From NCBI RefSeq assembly GCF_009914755.1, contig NC_060929.1: a DNA stretch of 64,000 nt. One strand, 5' to 3'. The notes beneath the pieces are model-generated. The model made no database searches and was not told the origin of the DNA. It saw nothing but the letters and a program-made list of their open reading frames with translations. Origin of the DNA: the human T2T-CHM13v2.0 reference genome, Homo sapiens. The translations under genes and the position numbers were made by a program. Positions 1 through 15,705 of the stretch are shown here, piece after piece (within the stretch, counting starts at the first letter, position 1; the number at the start of each line of letters is the position of its first letter).

Positions 1-919
1 GATATTGCTGTCTCTGTTTTACAAATGAGAAAACTGAAGCAAAAGGTGAAGCTTTTGCTCATAGCTGAACCATGCCAGGGCTGAGAGTGGAATCCATCTC
101 TTGACTTCATGCAGCTCCTCAGTCCTGGCCTGTGGAATAGGAATGCTTTTTCAGCTTGGGTTTATCTTGACGGCACATCAGTGTGGATGAGGATGGCTAT
201 AGGAATTGGGAGCACTGGCTTTGGAGTCAGAAGACCTGGGGTCAAATCTTAGCTCTCCAGTCTCCTCCGTGTGAAACTGGCTTTCCTGATGTTTAAAGTG
301 GAGAGTTTGATTTATAGCTTTACATTTCCTTCTGGTTTTAAATTCCATGAGCGTGACATCTTGTCTTCTTTCACTACTTACTCTTTCATTCTCTTACCTC
401 CATTTTGCTATTATGTCATCTGAATTTTAAGACGATGGTGAATTTTTTTCCTTTCAGAGCTGGTTTTTAAGACTTCTGTTTTGTATTTTTCCTCTCAACC
501 CAGTGATTCATACTATTCCATTAAAAATCACTGGGCTGAAGCATTTAGTTATTTCCTTCAGAAGTACTAAGGAGCGGCTATTCAAAAGGTTGTGATGACA
601 AATCAGAGGCAGGGCTTGTTGATTAGCAAGGAACAGATGATGTTTCCTGCCTCCTCTCCCTCCTGTTAAGCGTAGGTAAAGAATGCGAATAAAAATGTGA
701 TTGGTAAATGGAAGTTCTCCTTGTGAGAAAGCCTTTAAAACTTTTGCCAGGGTTGTCAGCAGCCTGTAGGAAGGGCAGCCTTGTGTTTTGTTTGACGGAT
801 GCTCTCATTTTGGCTGGCAGTCCCTGGAGAACTTTTTGACTGGAGTTTTGAGATTGCCAAAAGCATTATTTTCCCTCTTTCCACTGGTATGGGTTAATAA
901 TCCCACCCATCTTGATTTC

Positions 920-1501
<582 letters not shown>

Positions 1502-1765
1502 TGATAGTCGTTTTTTTGAGCTTGGCTCTGATAGCGTGAGATGCTTTTCCTACATGGCCAGACAGATGGTCTGAGAGTGAAGTGATAGCAGACATAAGCG
1601 TTGATTCAATGAGGAATAACTTGGTTACTTTCCAGTTTTGCTTCCTCTGGCTTTTCCCTTTTCCATGTTTTCAAATTCAATTGTTCCCTCAGGGATGGGT
1701 CTGCCTTTATTCGTGTCCCTTCCAACTTCCAACACTCCACTGGCACCCCCCTTGCCCAGTCGGAC

Positions 1766-1859
1766 CTGGTGCACAGCTGCACTTCCTGATTGTTTGCACT
1801 GGAGAATCTCGACAGTGGCTTCCTCCCCAAGGGCCACGAAAAACATCTGGACACATTGT
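1766..1859 (-). CDS. AGXT2: AGXT2 exon 7 (94 nt; [31 protein letters not shown])
   Basis: Translation matches alanine-glyoxylate aminotransferase 2; ttgcag acceptor, CAG/gtccga donor; cumulative CDS 769 nt. Later exons lie left of the window. Confidence 0.96.
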
Positions 1860-2493
1860 CTGCAAATGACAAAAGAAGGAGTGTGGCAAAGCATGAACAC
1901 AAGACAGCCAAGTTAGGGTAGCATATGGCTGCCATCAAGACAAGAGGGCTTCTTAGTTTTCCTCCCTCATTCTTCTCCCACTTAAGATGAAAATTGAAGG
2001 ATCTGCTTTGAAGAGATAATTTTTTCTTAGAAATCAGCTATGTGGGCCCTCTACAAAGGAAACTGATTTCAATGTTAGCCTGGAAACAGCTTGCTCAAGG
2101 GTGCAGTGGGTAAGGGCATCTGAAAGAATAAGAATAATTAGGTATCTGATTCAGATGCTGAAAATGTGGGTTCAGTAAGTGGGAACAGAAGGTGAGTACA
2201 GTGATGACTGCATAGAAGTTTTGTGCATTCAAGATTCTCAGAGCCTTGCAGTTTACTTGATTTTATTTAAAAGCAAAATACATTTTAAAACTCTGTCATT
2301 AATTATTACTCAGACTCGGAAGGCCTTTCTAATGGTGTCCTCAAGTGGTCTCCAATTCAATTAGGTCAAATTGAGCCCCTGATTAATGACAGGCTTTATA
2401 TTAGTTTCTAATCCTTATACCAGGAAAACCTGATCAACTACTTCACATACCCAGTAGTCTTTAAAGAAACAAGAGAAAAATCTCCAAACTCAC

Positions 2494-2587
2494 TGGTTGG
2501 CAACCTGTCCCACCAGGGAGTTCCATCTTGTAGATCCCTACGTTTGTCAAGCCAAGTGTGTAAGGACTGCATCCATGGTAGGCTCCT
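2494..2587 (-). CDS. AGXT2: AGXT2 exon 6 (94 nt; [31 protein letters not shown])
   Basis: Class-III aminotransferase YHG motif; ctgcag acceptor, gtgagt donor; cumulative CDS 675 nt. Confidence 0.97.
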
Positions 2588-3197
2588 CTGCAGAGAAGAA
2601 ACAACAGGAGGATGGGGTCAAGTTCCTGGTCCACTGAGTAGGACAAAAGAGAAAACCCAGGAAGGCTATGAAGATGAAATAGAACATCATTCGCATTCAC
2701 CTCTGATTTCTAAGAACGCATCTAAGCTTATGTCGGATCAATGTACTTAATAGTCTTTTCTAACTGTTGTTAGAAAACATAGATTTGAAACTGTGAAAGG
2801 AATTTTGGAGAACATTTGTCCAAGAACTCCAATCTTAGGACCTTCCCTACTCTATTATTCCATAGTAATGAGACTCATCTTTTAGCAACAACATACCAGA
2901 AATTGTATGTTCAATGAATACCAGTCTTCGAAGTAGTCACTTTGGGAAGCCAAATATTTTTTCCTATGATATACCTGTTGTTCAATATCTTTAGGGACTT
3001 ACACACCTTATAAATCACCTTATTCTCCATCTAAGAAACACAGGTTTTGTTTCTTTTGAACGTGAAACAGTCATATTTAGTATAAATGCTCCTAATCATC
3101 AGTGTAAGCTTCAAATGAGTTCGAACAATTTCCCATATCAAAATCACCTTTAAACAAGGATTTAGGACCGTTAAGACTATTCAAAAGAATGGTTGTA

Positions 3198-3277
3198 TTA
3201 GGTTGGTGCAAAAGTAATTGTGGTTTTTGCCATTACTTTTAATGGCAGAAATCTCAATTACTTTTGCACCGACCTAA
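3198..3277. mobile_element. MADE1 (Hsmar1 mariner MITE), 80 bp palindrome
   Basis: TTAGGTTGGTGCAAAAGTAATTG...CAATTACTTTTGCACCGACCTAA terminal inverted repeats; TA on the left, TG on the right. Confidence 0.95.
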
Positions 3278-4257
3278 TGTATCTTGAAAAAGGAGACAAA
3301 ATGTGTGTTGAACCCTGGTAGTACCATGACTACTTAATACTTACCTCGAAACACATATTCTGGAATGTCATTTAGGTAATACATCAATCACAATTCTTTA
3401 TTGCCATATTTCTTATTCCTGTAATAACTGCATGCTCATTTGATATGGAATGTGCAGTATTGAATGTGCTGTCATAAGGATTAAATAAAATCTTCTTTTG
3501 AATTCACACAGAAATTATAACCAGACAGCTTAAAAATGCAACTGTTTATTCATTCCATCAACTTTTACCATAAGCCACTCCTGTCTTTTACATTAACTTT
3601 ACAGGAGTCTGTTTAAATATGCTGTATACAGTTATCCAAGGGAGGCAACTGTAAGCAAAATGCATAGTTTTCTATTATTTTTAGTGCTAATGTAGCCATT
3701 AAGGGTTTATTAATGAATCTATTATCAGTGCTCAAAAGTCACTGAAAGAAGCAGAAATATAGAGGGTTATATGTTCATCCTCTGAACTTAAGGAGAATAA
3801 AAGGTAAAAAATGGGTGCAGCTGGCACTATGAAATCAGTGGACAGCTCCTTATCATAAGCAGAAATTAAAATAGGCCGGTATTTTTTGGTAGAGCCTTGA
3901 TCTTCTAAGGTGGGGAACAGTCATTTACCACTTGGTATATGGTGTGGTCCCCGCCACATCTTCAAAGTTAAAAAACTGTCATGTGGGTTTCTCTTAATGT
4001 CCACAGGAGGATCTATGACATAATGAGGACTTCAAGCTGGTCGTGACCAGTTGGGGCCCCCTCTCTTGTATCAGGCCAACTTGAATGGTGTTATCCTGTC
4101 ATAAAATTCAATTGACCTATCCTTCCTTAAAACTTAACAACTAGAAAAATATCCCTGAGAAAACCTCTCTCCCACTCCATGCTACAATGTAAAGCTACAC
4201 ATTTAGAATGGGGGTAAGTCAGTGTTCCTAAAGTTGAATATTCCAAGTTGTGATTAC

Positions 4258-4352
4258 CTGAAAGAAATGATGTCTATGTTGTTTGAGTGCGCCCTGGCCA
4301 TCAGCATGGCCAGCTCATTGGCTTCTGAGCCACTGTTCACCAAGAAAATGAC
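4258..4352 (-). CDS. AGXT2: AGXT2 exon 5 (95 nt; [31 protein letters not shown])
   Basis: PLP-phosphate binding SGSEAN motif; ctccag acceptor, gtaatc donor; not in the ORF track, translated by hand. Confidence 0.97.
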
Positions 4353-4568
4353 CTGGAGAGGAAAGGAAGACACGTGGCCTCATAATTTATTTCCTTATTA
4401 CCCATTCACTTAAAATTGCTGAAGGGCAGGTGTCCAGCCCCTGAGTATTAAGGAGAGTTCCCTTCAGACCAGCTCGGGTTACCCAGCAGTTCCATCATTT
4501 AACCACAGTATGAATTCCATAGCCCTTCCTCCAGTAGCCGCTAAGTGCTAGACATACAAAAATGGCTA

Positions 4569-5228
<660 letters not shown>

Positions 5229-5981
5229 TCATGACTCTGCTGACTCTCTGCTTCTGCTCTTCTGTGAACATCTGGGGCTGAACTGAGGTTGCAGCTCTAC
5301 CATGTTTCTTTATCTATTCTAGGTAATGTAGAGAACATGGTAAAATAATAATAGATAACACTCGGGACTGAGCATTGTTCTAGGTTCTTCACATGTATTA
5401 ACTCGTTTAATGTCTAAATGGAAATCTTGGCCAACATTTTAACATCTTAGTTCAATTTAAAAGATCAGTCATTTCAGATGCAGAAAAACAGCTCATGTAG
5501 AAAAAAATATCTAAGTGTAATTTGGACCAAATGAACCAAATGGCACTTATTAAAAATGGTTTCACTGTTTGTAAAAGAAATGCAAATAACTTTGCAGAAA
5601 GGCTAAGGAGCGATGAGATAAAAACCTCTTGAGGACATAGATGAGAACATCAAGAGGCCTACGGCTCCTGGGAAGTGATTTCTGCTAAGATATGGTGAAG
5701 AGAGCAACCAAAGAGAGGCAGAGGCTCAGAGGTGACACAAGGGAACATTGGTTTGTTTCGCCAGCAATTCATAAATTCCCTTCTTCTGTCTGATTGCTTT
5801 CAGATGTAGCTATCAGATCACCACTACAGATGTTCAGTGCACAGGCTAAATTCCCTGCCCATGTCCCTGCTTCCTAGGGACGCTCCCCTAGAATCATAAG
5901 ACTCCTGTCTCTTTGAGCTGGGAGCATCATACCTTTTTTTCTCCCCCATAACATTCACCTCCTGCAGGAAGAGCATTGTAC

Positions 5982-6105
5982 CTTAAGAGGCTCAGGAAGA
6001 AGTGCGGCAAGCTTCTCTGCATATTCATGCATTGGAGGGTGGAAGAAGACGGTGCTTGTATGCCACAGGCGGCCGAGCTGCTTTTGTGCCACTGCATTCA
6101 CCTTT
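5982..6105 (-). CDS. AGXT2: AGXT2 exon 4 (124 nt; [41 protein letters not shown])
   Basis: Within ORF 5955..6182; tccag acceptor, gtacaa donor; cumulative CDS 486 nt. Confidence 0.97.
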
Positions 6106-6536
6106 CTGGATAAGCAGTACAGCAGAGTTACCTGCACTGCGTGCCACGTCCCTCCTGCACACACCCTGGTCATTGGACCCAAATATACTGTTTTTTCTCA
6201 AAGAGTTTCAAGAGGCAGATTTTATTTACACATGAGAATAAACTCCTTTAACCACTAGAGGTGTCCAGAAATGGGATGTGTTGACTTAAAAGGTAATGAA
6301 TTCCTCTCCAAGAGCAGGGTTCAAAAGGAGACTCATTGATTACAAGGGATTTTAGAAAAGAAATGCCTAGTTTAGGAGGAAGTTTGGGCTTAGAATTTCT
6401 TCTAGCTATGCTTTCTTATTAACCATCTTTTGAAGAGTTTGGAAAAAGAGATGACTAGTTGTAAGCCTGAGTTCTTTCCATTTTATTTTTCTAAAGAAGA
6501 AGAGATTCATCAAGCACATGTATGCCAGATCAGTAG

Positions 6537-6757
6537 TTCTTCCCTCCCTCCCTCCCTTCCCCCCTTCCTCCCTTCCTCCCCTCCTTCTTTCTTTCTTAAG
6601 GGATGGGTTCTCACTATGTTGCCTAGGCTGGAGGGCAGTGGCTATTCACAGGCACAATCATAGTGCACTGCAGCCTCAATTCCTGGGCTCAAGAGATCCT
6701 CCTGTCTCAGCCTCCTGAGTAGCTGGGACTATAGGTGCATGCTACCACGTCTGACTA
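6537..6757 (-). mobile_element. Alu monomer (FLAM/FRAM-like) with CT-rich degenerate tail
   Basis: cctcctgtctcagcctcctgagtagctgggactataggt. Confidence 0.8.
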
Positions 6758-8363
6758 AGATGAACAGTTTTTCTGCAGGGAGATTCTAATATCTGAGTCT
6801 GAACAGTGGTTAGTGTGGATGAATATTTTGTAACTATAAAGCCACATTCTTTGAAAGATTGGGCCAACCTTACAGGATTAGAAGGTTCATACTGAGAGAT
6901 AATAGGGGCTAAGGATGACAGATTTGTGGAACCTGACTTGGCTTTGAAAACACAAACCAAGTTGTCTGAACTTGCTGTAAAGGACATTAATTGCTACAGT
7001 TTGTTACAGGCCAATTTTATTTGCTGTTAATATCTTTCACATCAGAAAAAAATCAATTTAGTGGGTAAATATTTTGAGAAATACCAGATTATACAGATTT
7101 CTTTACTACAGACATTTTAGTACCTATAATAGACTAGTGTACGCTGTTTCTCTTCAGAAGGGAGATATAGTTTAAAGTGTTTCCCAAACTTATTTTCTCA
7201 TGGGACCCTTTTCCACGGAAACTCCTGTGATCAGTGTTCCATGAAACTCACTTTAGAAAATTGTGGAGTATCAGTAAATCCTTGAAAAGAAGAGACATTT
7301 GACAAAAACATTGTTTAGCAAAATATATGAGAGTCACAGGAGGGGTAGAAAAGATGGCCTCCCATTTCCAGGGAAGACTGTCAATGTTACTGGGAAGATT
7401 CAGTGAGAATGTTTGAACTCATTTTCTATTCCATTTTCTCTACTTCTTTCATGTATGTTTGTCCTACGTTTGAAATTGCATCTGAAATTTGTTTTGGATA
7501 CTTCTTGTGACTTTGCATGGGACTAAGGTCTCCTGATGATGGAAGAGGGTAGGAGAAGTGAAGGGGAGGAAAAGATGAGGGCTGGGCCCCTGAGGCACAC
7601 TCACTCCTTACCTCCTGACAGCTGCCTGAGGGGGGGGACTCTTTGCCTCCTGCTTTGATGGAAGGGCCCACATCTATTCAGTTTATTTTAGACTTGCTGC
7701 TTTATTGCTTTCCCCTAACTTAGTGTGAGGTTGCATTGGTCAGATTATTAAAGAAAAGAGAGAACAGACATGAAATGAGAGCACTGCATGGAAACCAAGA
7801 ACGCTCCAAGGGTATCTGTGTGGGCGAGTATACCGTCAACACTGCAGACAATCTCTAGATTAATTGATCCATACATTTCCAGGTAAATTTCCAGCTAGGA
7901 TTGCATCTGTCTCTTATCATTCTTCTTTTCCTCTTCCATCTCTCAGAGGCCATGAAGAAGATTCTCTAGGCTAGAAGTTATTTCTCATCTCTCATCATCC
8001 CTCGCCTGACAAGCCTGTCATGTGTTTCTCTGAGAGCCGCCTGCCTTTCTCTTCCTTTCCCTGAATGCACCCCTCTCTTTGGAAAGCTGTTGCTAATGAG
8101 AAACACACACAGCAAGACTCCAGTCACATGGTACATGCCACACTACATGTGCCATGAGAATAACAAAATCTTGCATTGTCAAGAAAGGAAAAGTAAGGGT
8201 GTCAAGATTTTGTACTCAGGAAATAGCAGGGAGTATGTCAGCCACAATCTGTCATAGATATTTTTAAACCAAGATAAGCAAATCAAGAGTTCAGAGTCAC
8301 TAACATAATTGTTTTCCATGCATTCTTTTGGAATAAAAATCTCCAGATTTTAAGGATACTCAC

Positions 8364-8548
8364 GGGTGGCAATGGCCAACACTGACAGTAACAATCCCGG
8401 AAAAGAAATCCAGGTATCTGTTTCCTTCAGCATCAAAGAGCCACTCCATGTGCCCCTGGTGGAGCAGCAGGGGTTTCTGGAAATATGCCGTCACCACAGG
8501 AGAAAGATGTTCCTTGTGGATTTCCAGGACACGGTTGTAGCCAAGGGA
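8364..8548 (-). CDS. AGXT2: AGXT2 exon 3 (185 nt; [14 protein letters not shown]...[12 protein letters not shown])
   Basis: Within ORF 8360..8575; ctacag acceptor, gtgagt donor. Confidence 0.97.
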
Positions 8549-9614
8549 CTGTAGATAAACAAGATTTAAACCCACACACTTCTTACAAGATCAATAGCAG
8601 TCAATCTATGAGTAACAGAGCCCAGGCTCTCTAGTGGACAGAGAAGAGGGCTGCTGGCCTGTAGAGGCTCAGAAGTGCGTGTACTTACCCAATATCGTCC
8701 CTGCAAGAAATTAAAGCCTTTTCTCTTAAGGAGGTGAATTATTATTTGTAGCCTTTCGATCTCTTTTCAGAAAAGGGCTGGAATTTCTACCTAGCAATGA
8801 AAAGCCTTGGCTCTGAGTTGATTTTAACTATGAAAAAAATAGACTTCGGAAGTAAATGTCTGAACTAATAAGCAATTAGTCTGAACTAATAAGTCATTTT
8901 TGTTGTGGTAGTGTTTTAAAAAATTAAAATACAATGAAGTGCTAGTCGTGTTTGTATCTTTATTTATAAAATATCTCTCCTGTATTTCTCTTCTTTGTGG
9001 ATCCCTCATAAATACCTATTGATTCTACAATTTCTAACCTGTAAGTATCATGTCGAATAAAGGAGTTGCCGTGTGTGTGTGCATGCACATGTGCATGCAT
9101 AACAGAGAGAGAGAGAGAGAGAGGGAGAAAGAAAGAGAGAGAAAGAAAGAAAGAGAGAGAAAGTGAGAGAGAAAATGCCAGCTGAATTTTTATTAGCCTG
9201 AGAACAAAAATATAACTATAATTTTTGCTGGAGTACCCAGGAAGGTCAGATGGCCACATGAGTCAGTTAAAACAGGAGCAACATTTACTTTAAAGCCTAT
9301 GTGTGCCATCACATTTGTGATGTGTGTATATCTCCCTGCAGTACATATATTAATTATCATGTGTAGTGTGCTTCTTGTACTTTCTTTGCCTCTGTCTGTG
9401 TCTCTATCTCTCACACATGGACACCAATTTATACACTAGCATTAAGGGATTAAGAGGGTTTCAGATGCTTCCAATGACTTAGAGGTACAATATCTGGAAT
9501 GAGGTAGTTTAGTGGCAAGCAGGGCTATTTTTGTGTCATTCTTAAGGAAACAATCATTTGAGACCTCCCCAGAGAAACTACCTCTTTGAGTTTTCTTAAA
9601 GCCCTGAATCTCAC

Positions 9615-9703
9615 CTGGTATCTTTCAGGCATGAAGTCACATGGAGGCATTCTGGGCTTTGTATGAAGACTGAGCTTGGTTACTGATGTCCGGGAAGTAC
9701 CTA
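9615..9703 (-). CDS. AGXT2: AGXT2 exon 2 (89 nt; [30 protein letters not shown])
   Basis: Hand translation; tttcag acceptor, gtgaga donor; phase fits exons 1 and 3. Confidence 0.96.
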
Positions 9704-10263
9704 CTGAAAGTGAAGTGAGTTAGAATCCTCAACTAAGCATGACATAGGTCTGTTTGTGAAAGTCACCTATAGTTATCCAAATAAAACTGCTTAGATAATT
9801 TTATTTCTTAGTTAAAAAATCATGCTAATCAGCTTTTAGTTTGGATTTAAAATCTGAGTATCTCAATAATGAGTTTTCTGGAGGAAAAAAATAGTTCTTC
9901 TCAAATATAGTCTGGAAAAAAAATCTACGGCAGTCCCTCACAAACTTGGGAGGCTCAGTTTAGGCAAACTCTCCATGTTACCCTCACCGTGTCGATTCTC
10001 TCATCAGTAGGCAAAACTTCTGCTAGTGCAATGCGTTGTTGGAGTCCATCCCCTGTTAATAGAGGTGCTTTTTAGGCTTCAAGCTGCCTAGTGCCTGAAT
10101 TCTAGTGTGTAGCCAGTGCCTGGTACCTGGTTAGCTCTCAATACACACGGCATTAATGACTGTTGACTATTCTTGTAGGGAATGAGGAGAGGCAGGTGTT
10201 AGACAATATACTAGACTAATAAATACATGCAAATAGACCCAGAAGACAAAACCTTCCCCCGCC

Positions 10264-10294
<31 letters not shown>

Positions 10295-11782
10295 TGCCAA
10301 CATAAGACTGTGATGAAACAGGGATAAGCTGAACCAGATTCATTAAATATTTGGAGCTAGGAGGGACCTTACATTTGTGTGTGTGTGTGTGTCAAAATGC
10401 ATACTTTATAGATAAGGAAACCAGCGTAAAGTGGTAAATTAATCTGTTTAAGGTTATCAAGCTAGTTAGGTGAAGAACGGGAACAAAACTCCTCTGACTC
10501 CTAGCCCAGTAGTCTGTTTTGCTCATTCCTCAACCATTTCCACCCTTCCCTGCCAGCACAGACTTTGGCCCCCCTGCAGCAGTGGGATGGAATAATGGAA
10601 TCAGAACGTCAGAGCTGGAAGAGTTGTCTAGAGACCTTATAAGTACTCCTAGGAAAGATGCTCCTAATTTTGAAGACTGAAGGTCAACATTAAGATAATT
10701 TTATAGGTGGAGAGAGCTAAGGAAATTATGTCTCTTTCTCAGCATGAAGGTTTGAATGCATGAAAGAAGTGTTAGTGCTTTGTGTGGCTATGAAGTCACA
10801 GTCCTGAGAAACATAATGAACAATTGTGTTTTTAAATGAAGATGGAAAGTAACAGTTCTGAATATATCTTCTTTCAAAGAGATATATTCAAAGAGATATA
10901 TATTTCAAAGAGATATATAATCACTAATGTCATTAATTTGCTTTTACTTGAAAAGCAAGTGACTTTTGGTTATCCATGCATAGAAAGGACCAAAAAAATT
11001 GATAGCTTTAGTTTTCTGAGAATTTCACCTTTTAAAAAGCTTTTCATTGTGTCTCTCTGCATTCGTTGTGCTTCTGAGATGGAAAAAAAATTCTGAGTGT
11101 CCCTAAGAATTCAAAAATCCTTTCGTTTCTTCAGTCTCATTTTTCTGTCTGCAAAATTGGAGTTGCCCATTGAGGAGGTTGTAAGCTGTCTTGACTCCAA
11201 GGTTATAGGATTTATGAAAGTAGGCTGGAGGGGGAAGGGAGTTGGAGAGAAATACTTGACAAAGAAAAGCTTGAATTTTAAACAGTCAAGGCAGTTTTAT
11301 TCATTCATTTATTCACAAAAGTCATAAGCACATGATGGTGGAGTGAGGGCTTCAAATGAAATACGTGAAATTCTGCAAGGAAGAAAGAAGAGGAAGAAAG
11401 GAAAGAAGGAGGAAAGAAAGAAGAAAGAGGAAGGAAGAAATAGAGACAGTAATGAGCAAGTAGGAGAAAGAATAATAGGAGTCAGTAAGTGAAATAAACC
11501 TGGATAATACCTCCAAATCTATTGACTGTCATATCACTCCTCTTAATAAATAACTAAAACTCAAAAATAATAGTAATAATGTTGATATTTGATGGACAGA
11601 AAGAAACAAAACTACTTTGGTTTTTATTATTTGCCAGAAAAAAAATGAAAATCTATCTAGATAATTGCATGCAATTTTTATTCAAAATAGCCTGTGTTTT
11701 GAGGATGATGTAAGAGTTGAGGGTTCATAAAGCTTTTTTGGGGGCTCCTGGAAAGTGTGTATGTGTATATATGCATATGCAT

Positions 11783-11784
<2 letters not shown>

Positions 11785-11822
<38 letters not shown>
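11785..11822. repeat. (TG)n microsatellite; others at 9070-9172, 10376-10392, 52476-52530, 52996-53072, 55615-55642, 56477-56513 and (TTG)n at 59637-59661
   Basis: Directly visible. Confidence 0.95.
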
Positions 11823-11828
<6 letters not shown>

Positions 11829-12578
11829 TGGAGGTGGAGGGGAAGGAATGAATGAGATTAGGATTAATAAAACTATATCCAAGGTCTATTTCTGAATAGG
11901 TATTTGTTTTGTTTTGTCTTATTGTTTTAACTAATCGGATAGTGCCTTTTTAGGCTAACCAGACGACAGCTAATGATTTTCATCCAATTCACCAGTTTTC
12001 ACTTCAATTCACATGAGCAACTTGAGACATTGAAAGATGGAATTCAATTTGGAGAACAGCATCGCTTTTGCATAATAAATGCCAAGTGGGTAACTAGTGA
12101 GCTTTCATTTCCAAGCTGCCTAATTCTCACAGAGTTCTATAGCAGACAGTTCACTGCAACTTTATTTTCTTTCCCCAAAATCATAATATCGAATGACAAA
12201 AACTGTTGGGCAAAGTAAATGAGAAAAATCAAATTTTTTTGGCATTTGGAAACTCTAGGGAAAATTCTCTTTGTAATGATAACGAGTTTTTCAGTATTCA
12301 CAACCAGTTTTCAGCCCAGAGGGAGTATTTATTAAGGGCTTCCTCACCCTTTAAAATGAAAAAAAGATTCTAAAATATTTGAAAATATGCAGTGGACACA
12401 GTGTGATTTATTAAAATGCTAATTATTATTATTACTGAGACAGGTCTGGCTCTGTTGCCCAATGCTCATATAATGTGTGAAAATAATGACATGCTATCTC
12501 AGCTGCAATAATTTTAAAAATCAAAGAAAAGCTTTCAAAATAAATTATGGCTTTAATTTACAGATGCCCAGGGATGAT

Positions 12579-13041
<463 letters not shown>

Positions 13042-14731
13042 AAAATGCCAATTGTATCTCATTTCTGTATAGCATCTTAGGTAACTTGAAAAAAACCTTG
13101 TCACATTTGCAATCTCATTTGATACTTGGGATTGCCAACGAGTTAGGAAAGGAAGATTTCATCCTCCATCCACCTTAGAGGACATCAGTGACAGATGGAA
13201 TTCGAGGCCTTGGCAGTTTTGAAGTCCCTCACTGATATTGAGGTTTGAGACACTGCCTCCCATGGAGGCCTGCTGAAGCTGTGTTGGGGTTTGGACGCCT
13301 GAGGGACAGTGTCTGGTCGGTAGAGAAATTTTTCTCCTCTGCTTCTCTGTGCTGGAGCTGCCAGCTTGGAGACTCCAGAGTGGTCGTTTTCTCTTCACAC
13401 ATGGGGCCGCAGTCTGCAGCACGCTGCTGAGGACCCTCACCATTGCTGTTCGGTATCATCCGCTCCGGACATGATCTCTCACAGCCTTCTCTGTGGAGGT
13501 CCCCTCTGTCCCATGCGTGCTCTGGGTGCAAGGATGATGGCAGTGAATGCCAGGTGCCTGCATCCGCTAAGCAAAGCTGCTAAGAGGCGGTTCCTACCAG
13601 AAGTTACTCTACTCCTGCCTGGCCTTCCTTGGCTTCTTTGCGTGTGGGGTCCTGTCCACCTCCTCAGCCTCCTGTTGATTATTTCAGCTGCCCTCCCTCC
13701 TTCCCTCCATTCCTTCATAACCTTCCAGTATATGCCCTTTTGCTGAAGCCACACAGGGGCAGTTGTGGCTGTCCACAAGCAAGAGCACTCCTCGATTCCT
13801 GATTCTGAGGTGGGTGGGTCTTCTTCCGCACGTTCGGGAGTAGGCATTCTCTGTGATCACCCTTCCTGGCCCTTGGCATGTGTTAAATCAGTTCTGACTG
13901 TGGCAAGGCTGCCTGGAGGGGTGTAGATGGGAGGCCCCCCTTTAGGGCAAATTTTAAATGTTTTCTTAAAATAGGCTTGGCAGGAATGGAGAAACATCTC
14001 AGCTGGAAATAGATGACTTTTTGTGCCCTCCTTCCTTTGTGGGAGAGCAGGCATATATTAGGAAATTGGTGCATGGGAGCACATACCCCAGCCACCTGCA
14101 AATGTTATATATTTCAGTCATTAGCTAATTGTAGGAAAGAATGCCCCACTGAGATATTTCTCCACACTTTTGTACTGAAAACAAATTGCTTCCATAACTT
14201 TGTATACACAGTTAGCCCAAAGTGATTGTGCATATCAAAGTGTAAACAAAGCTGAACATTTTATGCATATGAATATTGTACAGTAACTATGTAGATACTA
14301 TACAAGAATTGTGACTTATTTATTTTTGCATATAAAACAACACTTAAAACGTGGTGACCTCCCTATCACAGCCCCTCCCCTCACCCCCATTATATTTTTC
14401 TATTCCCTTTCCAGATTTGGTTTTATTCATGGCATGTTTCTCTATTGGATACATACATAAATACATACATATTCACACACATATATATTTTTACATATTT
14501 ACTTATTCATTTATGTCTATCTCCTTCCTGGAATAGAGGGCAGGAGCTTTTTCTTGCTTATTGTGGCTAAGTCTGCAGCACTGGTGCATAATAGATGCTC
14601 AAATATTTTGCCTGAATGTATATATTGCACATGGCAGGTGCTCAATAAATGTATGTTAGTGAGTGTGTGTTTGGATGAGCAAGCACAAGCAGGCACAGAC
14701 CTAGGTAGAGTAGGTAAGAAAGTAGACATAA

Positions 14732-15116
<385 letters not shown>

Positions 15117-15519
15117 AGTGGTGTGGTTTTCCAAGACTGCTTCCCTGTAGTGTCCTTGCTGGGCCTATGGTAAGGCGTCGCCAACGAGTTGCTCAAGATC
15201 TCTAGGTACTAGGCCTCACCTGCCCTCTCTAGGTTACCTGCTGCTCCACTGTGCAACTCCACAATGTTCAGAGGTTGGGGTAGGGAAGGGGAGGGGGCAG
15301 TCTAGGGCATTTCTCTTGCTAGGTCAACAGCTGGTACTTTCAGCATAATTTCCTCCTCACTGAGCATAAGACTGGTTATAATTTTACCTGCTTCTGAGAA
15401 AATGTTGGAGTTAGGTGATGTTCTGGCAAAAGAAACTCATGACCAAGGGAAAAGAGCAGTCCAAACAGGATTGGAAGACTAGGGGAGGATAGACAGGGCC
15501 TGGTAGAATCTCTTCGAGT

Positions 15520-15705
15520 TCGGAGTCAGATAGACCTGGCTTTGAATCCCAAGTTATCACATACATGTTTCTGCCTTTGACCACATTTCTTAGATATTCC
15601 TTATTCTCTTGTCTCCTCATTTGTGGAATGAGATAATAGTACTCACTAACAAGTTTGGTTGAAGATAAAAGGAGATAATGCATTTAAAGCATCATGCATG
15701 TGTCA
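15520..15705. mobile_element. MIR fragment
   Basis: agacctggctttgaatccc...tctcctcatttgtggaatgagataatagtac core. Confidence 0.7.

Noticed and set aside
10264-10292. Isolated poly(A) run as a retrocopy tail
   Set aside because: No recognisable element body, poly(A) signal or target-site duplication
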